Assembly: GCA_963726255.1 (NCBI GenBank)
Contig: CAVSBL010000002.1
Span: 1,152,001-1,216,000 of the forward strand
DNA from: Candidatus Bathyarchaeota archaeon
GTDB taxonomy: Archaea > Thermoproteota > Bathyarchaeia > 40CM-2-53-6
Direction of reading: 5' to 3'
DNA: 64,000 bases
Shown: one piece after another, positions 48,437 to 57,818 of the stretch
Numbering within the stretch: position 1 is the stretch's first letter
Layout: the number at the start of each line of letters is the position of its first letter
Translations under genes and position numbers: made by a program
The notes under the pieces: model-generated
What the model was told of the DNA's origin: nothing
The model's database searches: none
The model's input: the letters and a program-made list of their open reading frames with translations, nothing else

Positions 48437-49582
48437 CTGGAGAACACGGAGCTTCTAGGGTTCACGATTCTTGGTATCGCTGTGATCGTTCACATCATAA
48501 TCGTGAACATCACGCTCGGAACCGGATGGATCTCGGCAATGGCGAGGTATCTTGCATGGTCCAAACGCAGACCGGATTTGGAAGTTATGTCGAGGAGGGT
48601 GTTCAAGATTCTGATTGTTCACGAGTTGTTCAGCGGGGTTTGGGGTACGATCATAACGGTCATACTGGCCGGTCTCTTCCCCACATTGATGGCTACTGCA
48701 ACTGACATAATTTTTCTGCCAATCCTCATAGCCCTCTCCTCGATACTCATTCGGATTCCATCAATCGCCTTATTCTGGTATAGTTGGGGGAAGATTCGGC
48801 CTGGTCTGCATACTGCGCTCGGTTTTGTTATGGCGATTTCCGGTTTCGGCGTCCCATTCGGTTTCAGGTATATCTTTGCAGAGATAACTTACCCATACGC
48901 CTTAGCGATGGCATTGCAGGGCCTGGTGAACGTCGCGCGCACGGCCGTATTCTTCAATCCACTCTATCCCTGGCTGCTGCTGCACACATGGTTTGGCGCT
49001 CTGTCGATAGGCGGATTCATAGTAGCGTCCTTTTTCGCCATTAAAGGAAACGTGAACTCAAAGTTCGCGTGGATAGGCCTCTGGCATGGCGTACTCTTCC
49101 TCTGCGTGCAAGGCCTACTGGGCCCAACCTATTTGGTGAACCTCACCGGTAAAGCGCCATTATTGTACTCGAACATTCTTGGTTTAACTGGATCAACGTT
49201 CGATATACTTCCACTCTTCACTTTGAAGCTCTCATTGGTCACGTTCCTGGTTGTGATCTCAATAAAGGTCTGGAAGAGCATCAACCGTGGAAATGGTAGC
49301 GTACCAAGGTATACTCTTGCGTTGGGACCGGCGGCAATTATGATCGCAATGATCGGAGAATTCATGAACGATGCAGGCAGATACCCATACTTAGTGATAC
49401 TGGGAAATTCCGGGTTGAGCCCTGTGGAATTTATGAACGTCTACGTACAGGTTCCATGGTCCACGGTACTCGGAGTTGTCGGTGTGCTACTTGCTTTCGT
49501 AGGCGTCTTCATGGTGACCGCATACTACGCATTGAACAAGCGTTTTCTCTCGGACATGCCCGAACAGTTCCAAACGTCATGA
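48437..49582 (+). CDS. CydA'-type second subunit (CydA paralog)
   Basis: VHII.VNI.LG, ELFSGVWGT, LLH, GEFMNDAGRYPY; probable CTG start at 48437 (track start 48482). Confidence 0.8.
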   Translation: MENTELLGFTILGIAVIVHIIIVNITLGTGWISAMARYLAWSKRRPDLEVMSRRVFKILIVHELFSGVWGTIITVILAGLFPTLMATATDIIFLPILIALSSILIRIPSIALFWYSWGKIRPGLHTALGFVMAISGFGVPFGFRYIFAEITYPYALAMALQGLVNVARTAVFFNPLYPWLLLHTWFGALSIGGFIVASFFAIKGNVNSKFAWIGLWHGVLFLCVQGLLGPTYLVNLTGKAPLLYSNILGLTGSTFDILPLFTLKLSLVTFLVVISIKVWKSINRGNGSVPRYTLALGPAAIMIAMIGEFMNDAGRYPYLVILGNSGLSPVEFMNVYVQVPWSTVLGVVGVLLAFVGVFMVTAYYALNKRFLSDMPEQFQTS

Positions 49583-49646
49583 CCTATCCAACCGGATGAA
49601 CAGAGAATCAGCTGTGAACCGATCGGAGTGAAGACTGACTACTGGC

Positions 49647-50849
49647 CTAAATGAGAATGCCTGCCAACGCAATAAAACCAGACGCCACGATAAGCGCTAG
49701 GCTAACCCAGTAGGCAACACTCCATCCTAAACCAGACGATAAATTCCCCATCAACCGTTTCTTCCTCGTGATCAATCCAACCATTACGCCAGGTCCAAGG
49801 AGAACGAACACGAACAAAACCATCATGTCGATTGCCAGATGGAATAAGTCCGGGAACAGCATAGGCACAACAAGAGCTGGAAGAGATTCAAACAAATAGA
49901 TCCAGAAGAACCTCTGCCTACCCCAGCCTATTGCCTCAGCCAAACCCCACGCACTACCCAAAGAGACCACAACCAGCGCCAAGAACGAAGCAGCTATCAA
50001 GCCTATGGCAAAAACATATGGTGCATAGGAACCGGCTAGAGAAGACAACGCCCGCGAAAGCTCCTTGGGCGAACTCGTTTCGATCAAAGCGCCGTTCAAA
50101 CCAATCGTGGCTAGGAGTATCACAACCATTCCAACCTCACTCGCTATTGCCCCGAGCAAGGTCTCTAGACGCGAACTCCATAGGCTCTTGGTCCGCTTCT
50201 CAGCCGTAGCTGAGGCCTGGTAAAAGAGCATGAAAGGCATCACCACAGCTCCCGAAGTCGCCGCCAACAGGTAGAGAAAACCCGGCTTCCAACTCCAAAA
50301 GAAGAACATGTACTCACGCACCGGAGGCAATCCCCTAAGAAATAGCGACCCAGCATACGAAACGATCAAAACGGCAGAAAAAGCAACCAGGAATCTCTCC
50401 ACAGTCGTGTATCCTCTCTTCCATACGATGAGGAGGTAAACCACGTACACGACGGGCAGAGAGAGAATTGGTGCGACTCCAAGAAGTTGAAAGCCTATAG
50501 CGATTCCCGTAAACTCCGCAACATAGCTTAGAATGTCCGTACACGCCATCGGAACACTCGTGAGCAATGCAATTCTCCGAGAATAATTTTCTCTGACAAT
50601 CTCACCTAACCCCTTGCCCGTGGCGACGCCGATTCTTCCAGCAGCCTCCTGAATCAAGAACAATGGTACAGTTAAGAGGAGTAGAAACCAGACAAGTGAG
50701 TACCCGTACAGGGCTCCATCAGCGGCCGCAGTCAATATGCTTGCAGCATCCACATCAGCAATCATGACCACCCAAGCAGGACCAAACGAGTGAACGAACG
50801 TGCGCAACCTATCGAGTCCAGAAATGTCCCGCACCATGTCTTCACTCAA
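49647..50849 (-). CDS. NRAMP-family divalent cation transporter
   Basis: GPAWVVMIADVDAAS, QE...R.G..TGKG, GAVVMPFMLFYQ. Confidence 0.88.
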   Translation of the reverse strand: MSEDMVRDISGLDRLRTFVHSFGPAWVVMIADVDAASILTAAADGALYGYSLVWFLLLLTVPLFLIQEAAGRIGVATGKGLGEIVRENYSRRIALLTSVPMACTDILSYVAEFTGIAIGFQLLGVAPILSLPVVYVVYLLIVWKRGYTTVERFLVAFSAVLIVSYAGSLFLRGLPPVREYMFFFWSWKPGFLYLLAATSGAVVMPFMLFYQASATAEKRTKSLWSSRLETLLGAIASEVGMVVILLATIGLNGALIETSSPKELSRALSSLAGSYAPYVFAIGLIAASFLALVVVSLGSAWGLAEAIGWGRQRFFWIYLFESLPALVVPMLFPDLFHLAIDMMVLFVFVLLGPGVMVGLITRKKRLMGNLSSGLGWSVAYWVSLALIVASGFIALAGILI

Positions 50850-51011
50850 TCCTAAGCCTAATCCAATCAGTCGCTTACGATATCTGCAATTTTAACCGTC
50901 AGTTTGTGTATCGTCGTGGGTCTGGTCCTGCGCACCACTATCCCTACACACACGAAAACCGGAACGGGAAAGAATAGAAGGATAGGATCAACGATGTTTG
51001 TGCTTCGACTT

Positions 51012-51563
51012 TTACTTTAGGAATTTTGATACGAATGGTGATGTTTCGCCTTGTCGCATGAAGTGTCCGGATGGGCCTTCTCCTAGGAATTCGCTGAACC
51101 ATGATTCATGCTCTACTTCCTCGTTGAGGATTGCTAAGGATAGGTCGTAGGTGCGGTGGTCTTTGCCTGCTGTAATGTTGCAGATATGTGAATATCCTGC
51201 GACTGCACATCTCTCCGCATTCACCAGCACCGTCAACATTGCTTTGATGTCCGTTGGGTCTTTGGGCAGTCGTGCCGGTGGACATGCAGACAAGTCATGG
51301 AACACTTTCATGTCATCCGGGAGCTTGCCTCCGAGCTCGTATATGCGTGGGGTCAGTGCTTCGAAGTGATTGCGATCTTCTATTCGAGCTACTTCAGCAA
51401 GTTGCTTGATTCCCTCTCCTTCTAAGCCGATTAGATTGCATCTCAGTATAGTATAGTAGTAGAATGTTGTCAGTTCCGCGGCCATGTTCTTGACGAGTAG
51501 GTCCAGGAGTTGGTCAACGTTGACGCCCGCCTTCACCACCATTTCGCGTGCTACTCTAGCCAT
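51012..51563 (-). CDS. dps: DPS-like (DPSL) ferritin-superfamily protein
   Basis: AAELTTFYYYT, EDRNHFE, AERCAV, EHESWF, GHF. Confidence 0.93.
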   Translation of the reverse strand: MARVAREMVVKAGVNVDQLLDLLVKNMAAELTTFYYYTILRCNLIGLEGEGIKQLAEVARIEDRNHFEALTPRIYELGGKLPDDMKVFHDLSACPPARLPKDPTDIKAMLTVLVNAERCAVAGYSHICNITAGKDHRTYDLSLAILNEEVEHESWFSEFLGEGPSGHFMRQGETSPFVSKFLK

Positions 51564-52011
51564 AATGTCACCTCCTTTATTTTGATCTGGAATAGTGTTT
51601 TGGGTCAGATGGACGCAGTTTCGATTGCCCTTCAGCGTTCTTTCTCAAGATAGTAAAGAACGAACTTTTCTGAGGACGGTGCGGGGTTTACGAGTCCGGT
51701 GGGCTCGACTACTTGATCCAATCTTATCGGAATAGCGTTGTCGGGGAGCTCTATCGTTTTATCCTTCCGAACCTCGATGACTCTTAACTTACTCTTCATG
51801 GTAACTCAATATGAGTCTCACTGGAAGAGCAGATGGATAGTTTTCGGTCGGTTGCTACATCTGATAATCATCTTTCCAGTTGATTGGACAAATGACTATG
51901 GGACCAGGGCTACGGAATTTGACCAGCGTCAAGCAGGGCTTATTTGGACGACAAAGTGAGCAGCAGACGGACTCCCATCCACCGGCAGAAAGAAGGCAAA
52001 CCCTAACGAAT

Positions 52012-52578
52012 TCACGGACTCTTCAACGGGTACATATGACCAACTCGCAACATTATTACAGAGGCAATTAGTCCACCGACGCCTCCTGCAATGAAACCAA
52101 CACTGGCTACGGATGCAAGCAGAACGCTTGCTTGCATACCCATACCAGTACCCATCGAGCGCGTGCCTTCACGCATTAGCATGCCCATTCCCAACGTTGC
52201 AATAAGTAGGACGGCTATCGCGTTGCTCACGCCGCCTGCCAAGAAAGAGTAAGATAAGCTGAATAGTCTGGCAAAGGATTTGACATAGAAAAGCTCCAAT
52301 ACCAAGCCGACAGCGATGAAGATCGGAAGCGCCAGAAAACTGATAGGAACAAAGAACGACAGAATTAACCCATTGATTGCACTTGTTAGGAGAAGCGTTC
52401 CTCTCTTTTGAGTGACTGCACCCGCGATCATTATTGGAGCCATAATGACGGGACCAGCAAGAGTTGGCCCTGGTATGTGAAACGACATGTTGATTGTCGG
52501 ACCAATAGCTACGTGACAAATGGCAGCGATCACAGCCATAACTGGAACAATGGTGACATCTCTGGATGAGAGTCCCAA
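52012..52578 (-). CDS. ECF S-component-like membrane protein
   Basis: ~6 TM helices; LSSRD N-terminus, KRG, GL.LE pattern. Confidence 0.6.
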   Translation of the reverse strand: MGLSSRDVTIVPVMAVIAAICHVAIGPTINMSFHIPGPTLAGPVIMAPIMIAGAVTQKRGTLLLTSAINGLILSFFVPISFLALPIFIAVGLVLELFYVKSFARLFSLSYSFLAGGVSNAIAVLLIATLGMGMLMREGTRSMGTGMGMQASVLLASVASVGFIAGGVGGLIASVIMLRVGHMYPLKSP

Positions 52579-52626
52579 AGTGCTGCCCTCCGCTTCGACA
52601 TGATGGCTTGAGCTGTAAAAGCCTTG

Positions 52627-52644
52627 GTAAGCACAAATGCTTAC
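52627..52644. promoter_or_regulatory. Inverted repeat GTAAGCA-N4-TGCTTAC, candidate operator
   Basis: Perfect 7-bp arms in the divergent intergenic region before tfx. Confidence 0.5.
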
Positions 52645-52691
52645 ATTTTACGAACATGTAGTCAACGCGGCTCGGGAATTGGAGATGACTG

Positions 52692-53111
52692 ATGACACGT
52701 ACGAAGCGGCCTAGAGTCTTGTTTACGGAAAGGCAATGGCAAGTTATGCGCCTTCGAGCAACAGGGCTAACTCAAGGGCAGGTCGCGAAGAGACTTCACA
52801 CCACCCGAGAAAACATAAGCATAATTGAACATCGAGCCCATGAGAATTTGAGAGCAGCCAGAACTACCTTGGCCATGTTAGACCAACTCTCTTCTTCAAA
52901 GGAACTCATCATTCCAAGCGGAACAAGCATCTTTGAAGCTACCTCCATGATACTGCGAAAGGCTGATGTAATGCAGATAAAAGTCAGAATGAACGCCGAC
53001 TCAATTCTAGCCGCCCTCCGGTCCAAGTGCAAAAGAAGGATACGGGGGCATCATTTGACCGCAGTTGTCAGAATTAGGATTGGCGAAGACGGCTCCGTGA
53101 TAGTAGGGTGA
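52692..53111 (+). CDS. tfx: Tfx-family DNA-binding protein
   Basis: TERQ..V..LR..GLTQ..VA..L.TTRENIS.IE.RA..N...AR.TL. Confidence 0.85.
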   Translation: MTRTKRPRVLFTERQWQVMRLRATGLTQGQVAKRLHTTRENISIIEHRAHENLRAARTTLAMLDQLSSSKELIIPSGTSIFEATSMILRKADVMQIKVRMNADSILAALRSKCKRRIRGHHLTAVVRIRIGEDGSVIVG

Positions 53112-53115
53112 AATC

Positions 53116-53634
53116 ATGCGGGCCGTAACATACGACCCAATAGGAGTGATACATTCTCCACTGAAAACGTCGTTTGGCGCGCCCTTGCAATCAGTGTCAG
53201 CTAAGCTCCTGAAAGGAACCGTGGAGGTTTTCCCGAAGTACGTGTCAGGGCTGAAGGACCTAACGGGATTCTCTCACTTGATTCTCATATACCACTTTCA
53301 CCTTTCTACCACGGCATCGCTAATAGTGAAACCCTATTTGGACAATGAGGAGCACGGGATCTTTGCCACTCGAGCGCCCGTTCGCCCCAATCCGATAGGA
53401 ATTTCCATAGTGAGACTGAGGAAGATCAGAGCGGGAACAATCTTCGTTCAAGACCTTGATGTGATTGACGGCACACCTCTCCTGGACATAAAACCGTACG
53501 TCCCACAGTTTGACGCCCGAAGAGTCCACAAGATAGGATGGCTTGATCGAAAGATAAGCAAACTCCAGCGAACAAGGTCCGACGGAAGATTCACTAAGAA
53601 CCCTTTGCGAAAGCACGTTCCCTTCGTGCGCTGA
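53116..53634 (+). CDS. tsaA: tRNA (t6A37)-N6-methyltransferase TrmO/TsaA
   Basis: PIGVIHSP, GIFATRAP.RPNPIG, DGTPLLDIKPY. Confidence 0.92.
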   Translation: MRAVTYDPIGVIHSPLKTSFGAPLQSVSAKLLKGTVEVFPKYVSGLKDLTGFSHLILIYHFHLSTTASLIVKPYLDNEEHGIFATRAPVRPNPIGISIVRLRKIRAGTIFVQDLDVIDGTPLLDIKPYVPQFDARRVHKIGWLDRKISKLQRTRSDGRFTKNPLRKHVPFVR

Positions 53635-53857
53635 CGATGCACGGGAGCTTCATGTTCTCCACCCGCCTTCGGGACGAGTATCATATCTTCGAGAATCAGC
53701 CCCGTTTGACTCAGAAAACTACTCCACCAGCCTGAGGGGTACGTCCAAGCGTGCGCACGGCGGGGCTACGCTATTCTTGTTCCACCAAAAGTTCGTCCCT
53801 TACGCGGATGTTGCGGGGTTCGTTGGCAACAGACAACGTTTTGGAACATGAAGAATT

Positions 53858-53883
53858 AACAACGGTTATTATCAGCCGTTGTT
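53858..53883. promoter_or_regulatory. Inverted repeat AACAACGG-N10-CCGTTGTT upstream of mrp
   Basis: Perfect 8-bp arms enclosing TTATTATC. Confidence 0.45.
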
Positions 53884-53919
53884 TGCTGATAGCGCGACAC
53901 AAGTCTAGGGAATAGAAGA

Positions 53920-56238
53920 ATGGTTTCAAAGGATGAGGTCATGGCGGCGCTAAAGGACGTCATAGACCCGGAGCTTCACATCTCCATAGTTAACCTCCAA
54001 ATGGTAAAGAACGTTGACATCACCGGCGACAAGGTGAAGGTGCTCGTCGCCCTCACCGTAGGTGGTTGCCCACTCTCCAAGACAATTTCCACGGACATTG
54101 AGAATGCAGTAACCAAGCTACCTGGCGTCAAGGCCGTTGACGTTGAAACAACTGTGATGACGAAGCAAGAACTCGAAAACCTGCGCAAGAAGATCCAAGA
54201 CCAGATGGCTGCGGCTCAAGCTCAAAAGGCAGCTCCTGGCGCCATGCCCCCCGGAATAAACCGCTTAGAACGGAAGGGCGTCCGAAATGTCATTGCAATA
54301 ATGTCCGGGAAAGGCGGGGTTGGAAAATCCTTCGTAACAGGATTCCTGGCTGTGCAGCTGACAAGGCTAGGGTACAAGGTGGGCATCCTCGACGCAGACA
54401 TAACAGGCCCAAGCATAGCGAAAATGTTCGGCCTGAAAGGCCCACTCTTCGTAACCGCCGACAAACACGTACTCCCCGCAACCACTCGCACCGGCATCAA
54501 GGTCGTTTCCATGAACCTCATACTCGAAGAACCACAAATGCCAGTAATCGTACGAGGCCCAATCATCAACAGCGTCATACGACAAATGTTCCAAGACATC
54601 GAATGGGGAGACCTCCACTTCCTACTCGTAGATTTGCCGCCCGGCTGTCTCTCTGCTGACACGACTGTCTACGCCAATAGTAGACCGGTGAAGATCTCAA
54701 GAATCAAGCCAGGTGATTACGTGTACTCGGTCAACGCACGGATTACACGCCCCAAAAAAAGCAACAAATTGGACGTCTCCCTGGAACGCAGGAGAGTCAT
54801 TGAGGTTGTTCCACAAGGTGAGTCGGAAGTATTCGAGCTTCGAACACACTCTCGCACGCTAAAGGCTACCTTTAACCATCCAGTCCTCGCGCTGAATAGG
54901 ACGCCCGTGCCAGGATCACGGTTCAAAGACTACACTCTGACATGGCGAAACATTTCGGACCTAAAACGTAGAGACATAATCGCGGTTGTAAGGAAACTTC
55001 CTAACCGACAAACGTCCTCGTATGTTTTGCCAAGAGCTGAATTGAAGGGAGCCAAGCCGATCAGAATACCACGTCGTTCAAGTGAAGAGTTCGCACGCCT
55101 TGTCGGTTATTTCCTGGGAGATGGCTTCCTGAGAATAACGCCCAAGACTAGAACCTACCAGCTCTTGTTCGCTGAACCAAGACAAGGAAAACACAGGCGA
55201 TCCTACATCAAGCTCTTGAAACGAATCTTCGGAGACGTAGCAATCTATGAGGAAGATAATCAGTTCGGACTGATTTCGAGACCCGCTGTCGAACTCTTCA
55301 GAAAACTCGGCCTTTACCGACACGCTCTTGACAAGAGGGTACCCGAATGGGCGTTTGAGCTGCCGAGAGCCCAGAAATTAGCGATTATCGAAGGATATTG
55401 CGATGCCGATGGCCATAGGAGATCGGCTCGGCCATTGTTTAGGCGGGCGGGGTGGATGAATTTTGAATCGCCTAACAGGCTGCTCTTAGATGACCTTAGG
55501 ACGCTCTGCATAATGGCCGGTCTGAGAGTAACAAACCTCAATTCAAGAGTCAGGTCGCTCACACCTCCGTCAGGCGGAACCTACACTACCAGATTCTGGT
55601 CCTTTGAGGCATCAGCTAGTTCGCGTTCAGATAAGTACGGAGCTGGCATGATCCGAGTTGGAACGGGGGAAGGACTCATTGACGAATATGTTGGTTTCGA
55701 GCGAGTAACACGAATCATTCCACTTGGAAGACAGCAAGTCTACGACCTGAAAGTAGCTAATAACGAGAACTTCATCGCGGATGGAATTATCGTTCACAAC
55801 ACTTCGGATGCTCCGTTGACGGTTTTCCAGTCGCTTCCATTGCAGGGGGTTGTCGTGGTTACGACCCCTCAGGACCTCGCCCTGATGGTCGTCAGCAAAG
55901 CGATCAACATGGCGAAGACCCTCAGCGAACAACTCGCACCCGTGAAGATTCTCGGCCTAATCGAGAACATGAGCTACCTAGTCTGCCCGCACTGTGGGGA
56001 AAAAATCGAAGTCTTCGGCCGAAGCAAAGCACCCGAGGCAGCCAAGAAGACCGGTATACCGTACCTGGGCGCCGTCCCAATAGACCCAGAAATCGCCAAA
56101 CTGGCTGACGAAGGCAAAATCGAGGACTATGCTAACCCACTCTTCGAAGAGGTCACGAGGGCGATCAGAACGAACGCAACTAGACTCCTTGAACCAATCC
56201 CTGGTGCCATGCCGATCGCATGGTCAGAGCAGAAGTAA
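53920..56238 (+). CDS. mrp: Mrp/NBP35 (ApbC) Fe-S carrier ATPase with N-terminal DUF59, interrupted by an intein
   Basis: DPEL...GCPL, SGKGGVGKS, DADITGPS, DLPPG|intein|TSD, TTPQ, ENMS..CPHC. Confidence 0.94.
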   Translation: MVSKDEVMAALKDVIDPELHISIVNLQMVKNVDITGDKVKVLVALTVGGCPLSKTISTDIENAVTKLPGVKAVDVETTVMTKQELENLRKKIQDQMAAAQAQKAAPGAMPPGINRLERKGVRNVIAIMSGKGGVGKSFVTGFLAVQLTRLGYKVGILDADITGPSIAKMFGLKGPLFVTADKHVLPATTRTGIKVVSMNLILEEPQMPVIVRGPIINSVIRQMFQDIEWGDLHFLLVDLPPGCLSADTTVYANSRPVKISRIKPGDYVYSVNARITRPKKSNKLDVSLERRRVIEVVPQGESEVFELRTHSRTLKATFNHPVLALNRTPVPGSRFKDYTLTWRNISDLKRRDIIAVVRKLPNRQTSSYVLPRAELKGAKPIRIPRRSSEEFARLVGYFLGDGFLRITPKTRTYQLLFAEPRQGKHRRSYIKLLKRIFGDVAIYEEDNQFGLISRPAVELFRKLGLYRHALDKRVPEWAFELPRAQKLAIIEGYCDADGHRRSARPLFRRAGWMNFESPNRLLLDDLRTLCIMAGLRVTNLNSRVRSLTPPSGGTYTTRFWSFEASASSRSDKYGAGMIRVGTGEGLIDEYVGFERVTRIIPLGRQQVYDLKVANNENFIADGIIVHNTSDAPLTVFQSLPLQGVVVVTTPQDLALMVVSKAINMAKTLSEQLAPVKILGLIENMSYLVCPHCGEKIEVFGRSKAPEAAKKTGIPYLGAVPIDPEIAKLADEGKIEDYANPLFEEVTRAIRTNATRLLEPIPGAMPIAWSEQK
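54646..55800 (+). mobile_element. 385-aa intein with LAGLIDADG homing endonuclease
   Basis: Starts CLSADT; block B ATFNHP; LVGYFLGDG and IEGYCDADG; ends VYDLKV...NFIADGIIVHN followed by Thr. Confidence 0.95.
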
Positions 56239-56341
56239 GCCTCGAATGGAACGGACTAATGTTAATAGGGGAGCGAAATGTCGAATGCATACAGAAACGA
56301 AGAGAACAATCGATTTCGAATTGGAGAGGTGAAATTGAAGC

Positions 56342-56644
56342 ATGGTAACTAAGGAAGAAGTCATCACGGTTTTGAAGGATTGTTACGACCCGGAAATTCC
56401 AATCAATATCTGGGACCTAGGCCTAGTCTACGACATCATCCTCCAACAAGACGGCAACGTCGGCATCAAGATGACGCTTACCGCACCAGGGTGCATGATG
56501 GGCGGTATGATTGCTGAGGAAGTGAAGGCGAAACTCAAAGCTATGAGCGGGGTGAAGGACGCGAAGGTTGATCTTGTCTGGGAACCCCCATGGAGCCCCG
56601 ATAAGATGAGTGAAGAAGCAAAGGCCCAGATGGGTATAGCGTAG
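56342..56644 (+). CDS. DUF59/SufT-like Fe-S assembly protein
   Basis: YDPEIPINIWDLGLVY, MTLTAPGC, VWEPPW. Confidence 0.92.
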   Translation: MVTKEEVITVLKDCYDPEIPINIWDLGLVYDIILQQDGNVGIKMTLTAPGCMMGGMIAEEVKAKLKAMSGVKDAKVDLVWEPPWSPDKMSEEAKAQMGIA

Positions 56645-56676
56645 ACTGGGCCGTTTTCTTTCTATTCCGCCACTCT

Positions 56677-57201
56677 CTAGTTTGACTCATGTCGCCTTTG
56701 AATCCGCATTTCCTCTACGAGTGCCCAGGTCTTTCCGTTATCCTGCTTTTCTTCGGCGCGCCACCGGAAGGAGTCCGAAGTAATCTCGGAAAAGATCCAT
56801 TTTACCGGGTACCCTTCAGCCGTCTTACCTTCTAGCACGATTTCATCGCCAACTTGACGTGCTACGAAAGTTTTGACAGTTCCCTGGTTTGGAGAGAGCC
56901 AGACGCTGTGCCACGCGTCGATCCTCCTGTCGTAAAATCTAACAGTCGTCCCTTCGGGAATCAACTTGCCCGTTTTTTCATCAATCCACATCCACACGTC
57001 CTGAACGGCTCTGCCGTCAAGGATCCATCCCCAATGAAGCTCTCCTCTTGTTGTGGTCCAAGTTCCGTCCGGCTGCAAGGAACGGTCCTGTAAGATGTCC
57101 CAGTCTCCCACGAACTGGCCGAAAAGCATCAGGTTCTCCTTCATTTCTGGATTGGCGCCTTCAGCAAAGAGGCCTTCAATCGCACGATTCTTGCCTTTCA
57201 T
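56677..57201 (-). CDS. Hypothetical beta-barrel protein
   Basis: FGQFVGDW, WILDGRAVQDVW, GTTVRFYD, F.W. Confidence 0.75.
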   Translation of the reverse strand: MKGKNRAIEGLFAEGANPEMKENLMLFGQFVGDWDILQDRSLQPDGTWTTTRGELHWGWILDGRAVQDVWMWIDEKTGKLIPEGTTVRFYDRRIDAWHSVWLSPNQGTVKTFVARQVGDEIVLEGKTAEGYPVKWIFSEITSDSFRWRAEEKQDNGKTWALVEEMRIQRRHESN

Positions 57202-57309
57202 CTTGTGATTATCCTCGCTACACGAAGGATACTTTGTAAGCACGGTATATTTCTGGTGCCGTCATTTTACGGCTATAGACCTTTAATGCAACTGGCCGCA
57301 AGATCTCGT

Positions 57310-57394
57310 ATGGCACATTTCGAAGTAGCCTTCAAACTCCAAAATGATTGTCCGTACAATGCGTTTTCTAAGACTAGCATATCCACGACGATCA
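57310..57394 (+). pseudogene. Truncated N-terminus of a probable regulator gene (HTH_10/Bat-like), cut at repeat copy 2
   Basis: MAHFEVAFKLQNDCPYNAFSK resembles N-termini of archaeal HTH_10 regulators; coherence is lost at the repeat. Confidence 0.4.
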
Positions 57395-57436
57395 GGTGGA
57401 TCCACCCGTTGAGGGGTGGTGCCAAACGGTGCCAAG
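57395..57436 (+). repeat. Dispersed ~43-bp repeat, copy 2
   Basis: GGTGGATCCACCcgttgaggggtggtgccaaacggtgccaag. Confidence 0.85.
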
Positions 57437-57547
57437 CGAAGGTAACCCTCGCCTCATTTTACGCCTCGATCCCCTCATACGAAGCGGTTTAGAGACCCGG
57501 ACCATGTCGAGAATGCTGTTTGGCCGAGCGAACCAGCGTGAGTGGTT

Positions 57548-57712
57548 CTATTTAGCGCCCAGCTCACGTTTCTTCCAGCGCAGGTTGTGGCCGTGGCATT
57601 TCCTGCAGCGGTTAGATGGACCAGGGTTGCGTGCGCCGCAGTCGCGGCAAACCTTGTAGTGCAACCTGACCTTCTGCGCTAGCTGTTTCTTCACGACATC
57701 AGTGATAGGCAT
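57548..57712 (-). CDS. rpl40e: 50S ribosomal protein L40e
   Basis: MPITD...KVCRDCGARNP....CRKC...LRWKKRE; 54 aa. Confidence 0.95.
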   Translation of the reverse strand: MPITDVVKKQLAQKVRLHYKVCRDCGARNPGPSNRCRKCHGHNLRWKKRELGAK

Positions 57713-57818
57713 GCGTGATTCCCTTGAAACGAATTCGCTACGTGAAGCGAAAAGAGGCATATATACCATGCGTTGACAAAACCCCGAAAACTCAACTCTA
57801 ATCCAAGGGACTGGGGCG

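Noticed and set aside
51738-52071. Short ORFs between dps and the S-component-like gene
   Set aside because: No SD, no motifs, and partial overlap with a real gene
18243-57436. A single 39-kb island bounded by the direct repeats
   Set aside because: The interval carries core genes (rtcB, sucCD, aspS) and no integrase
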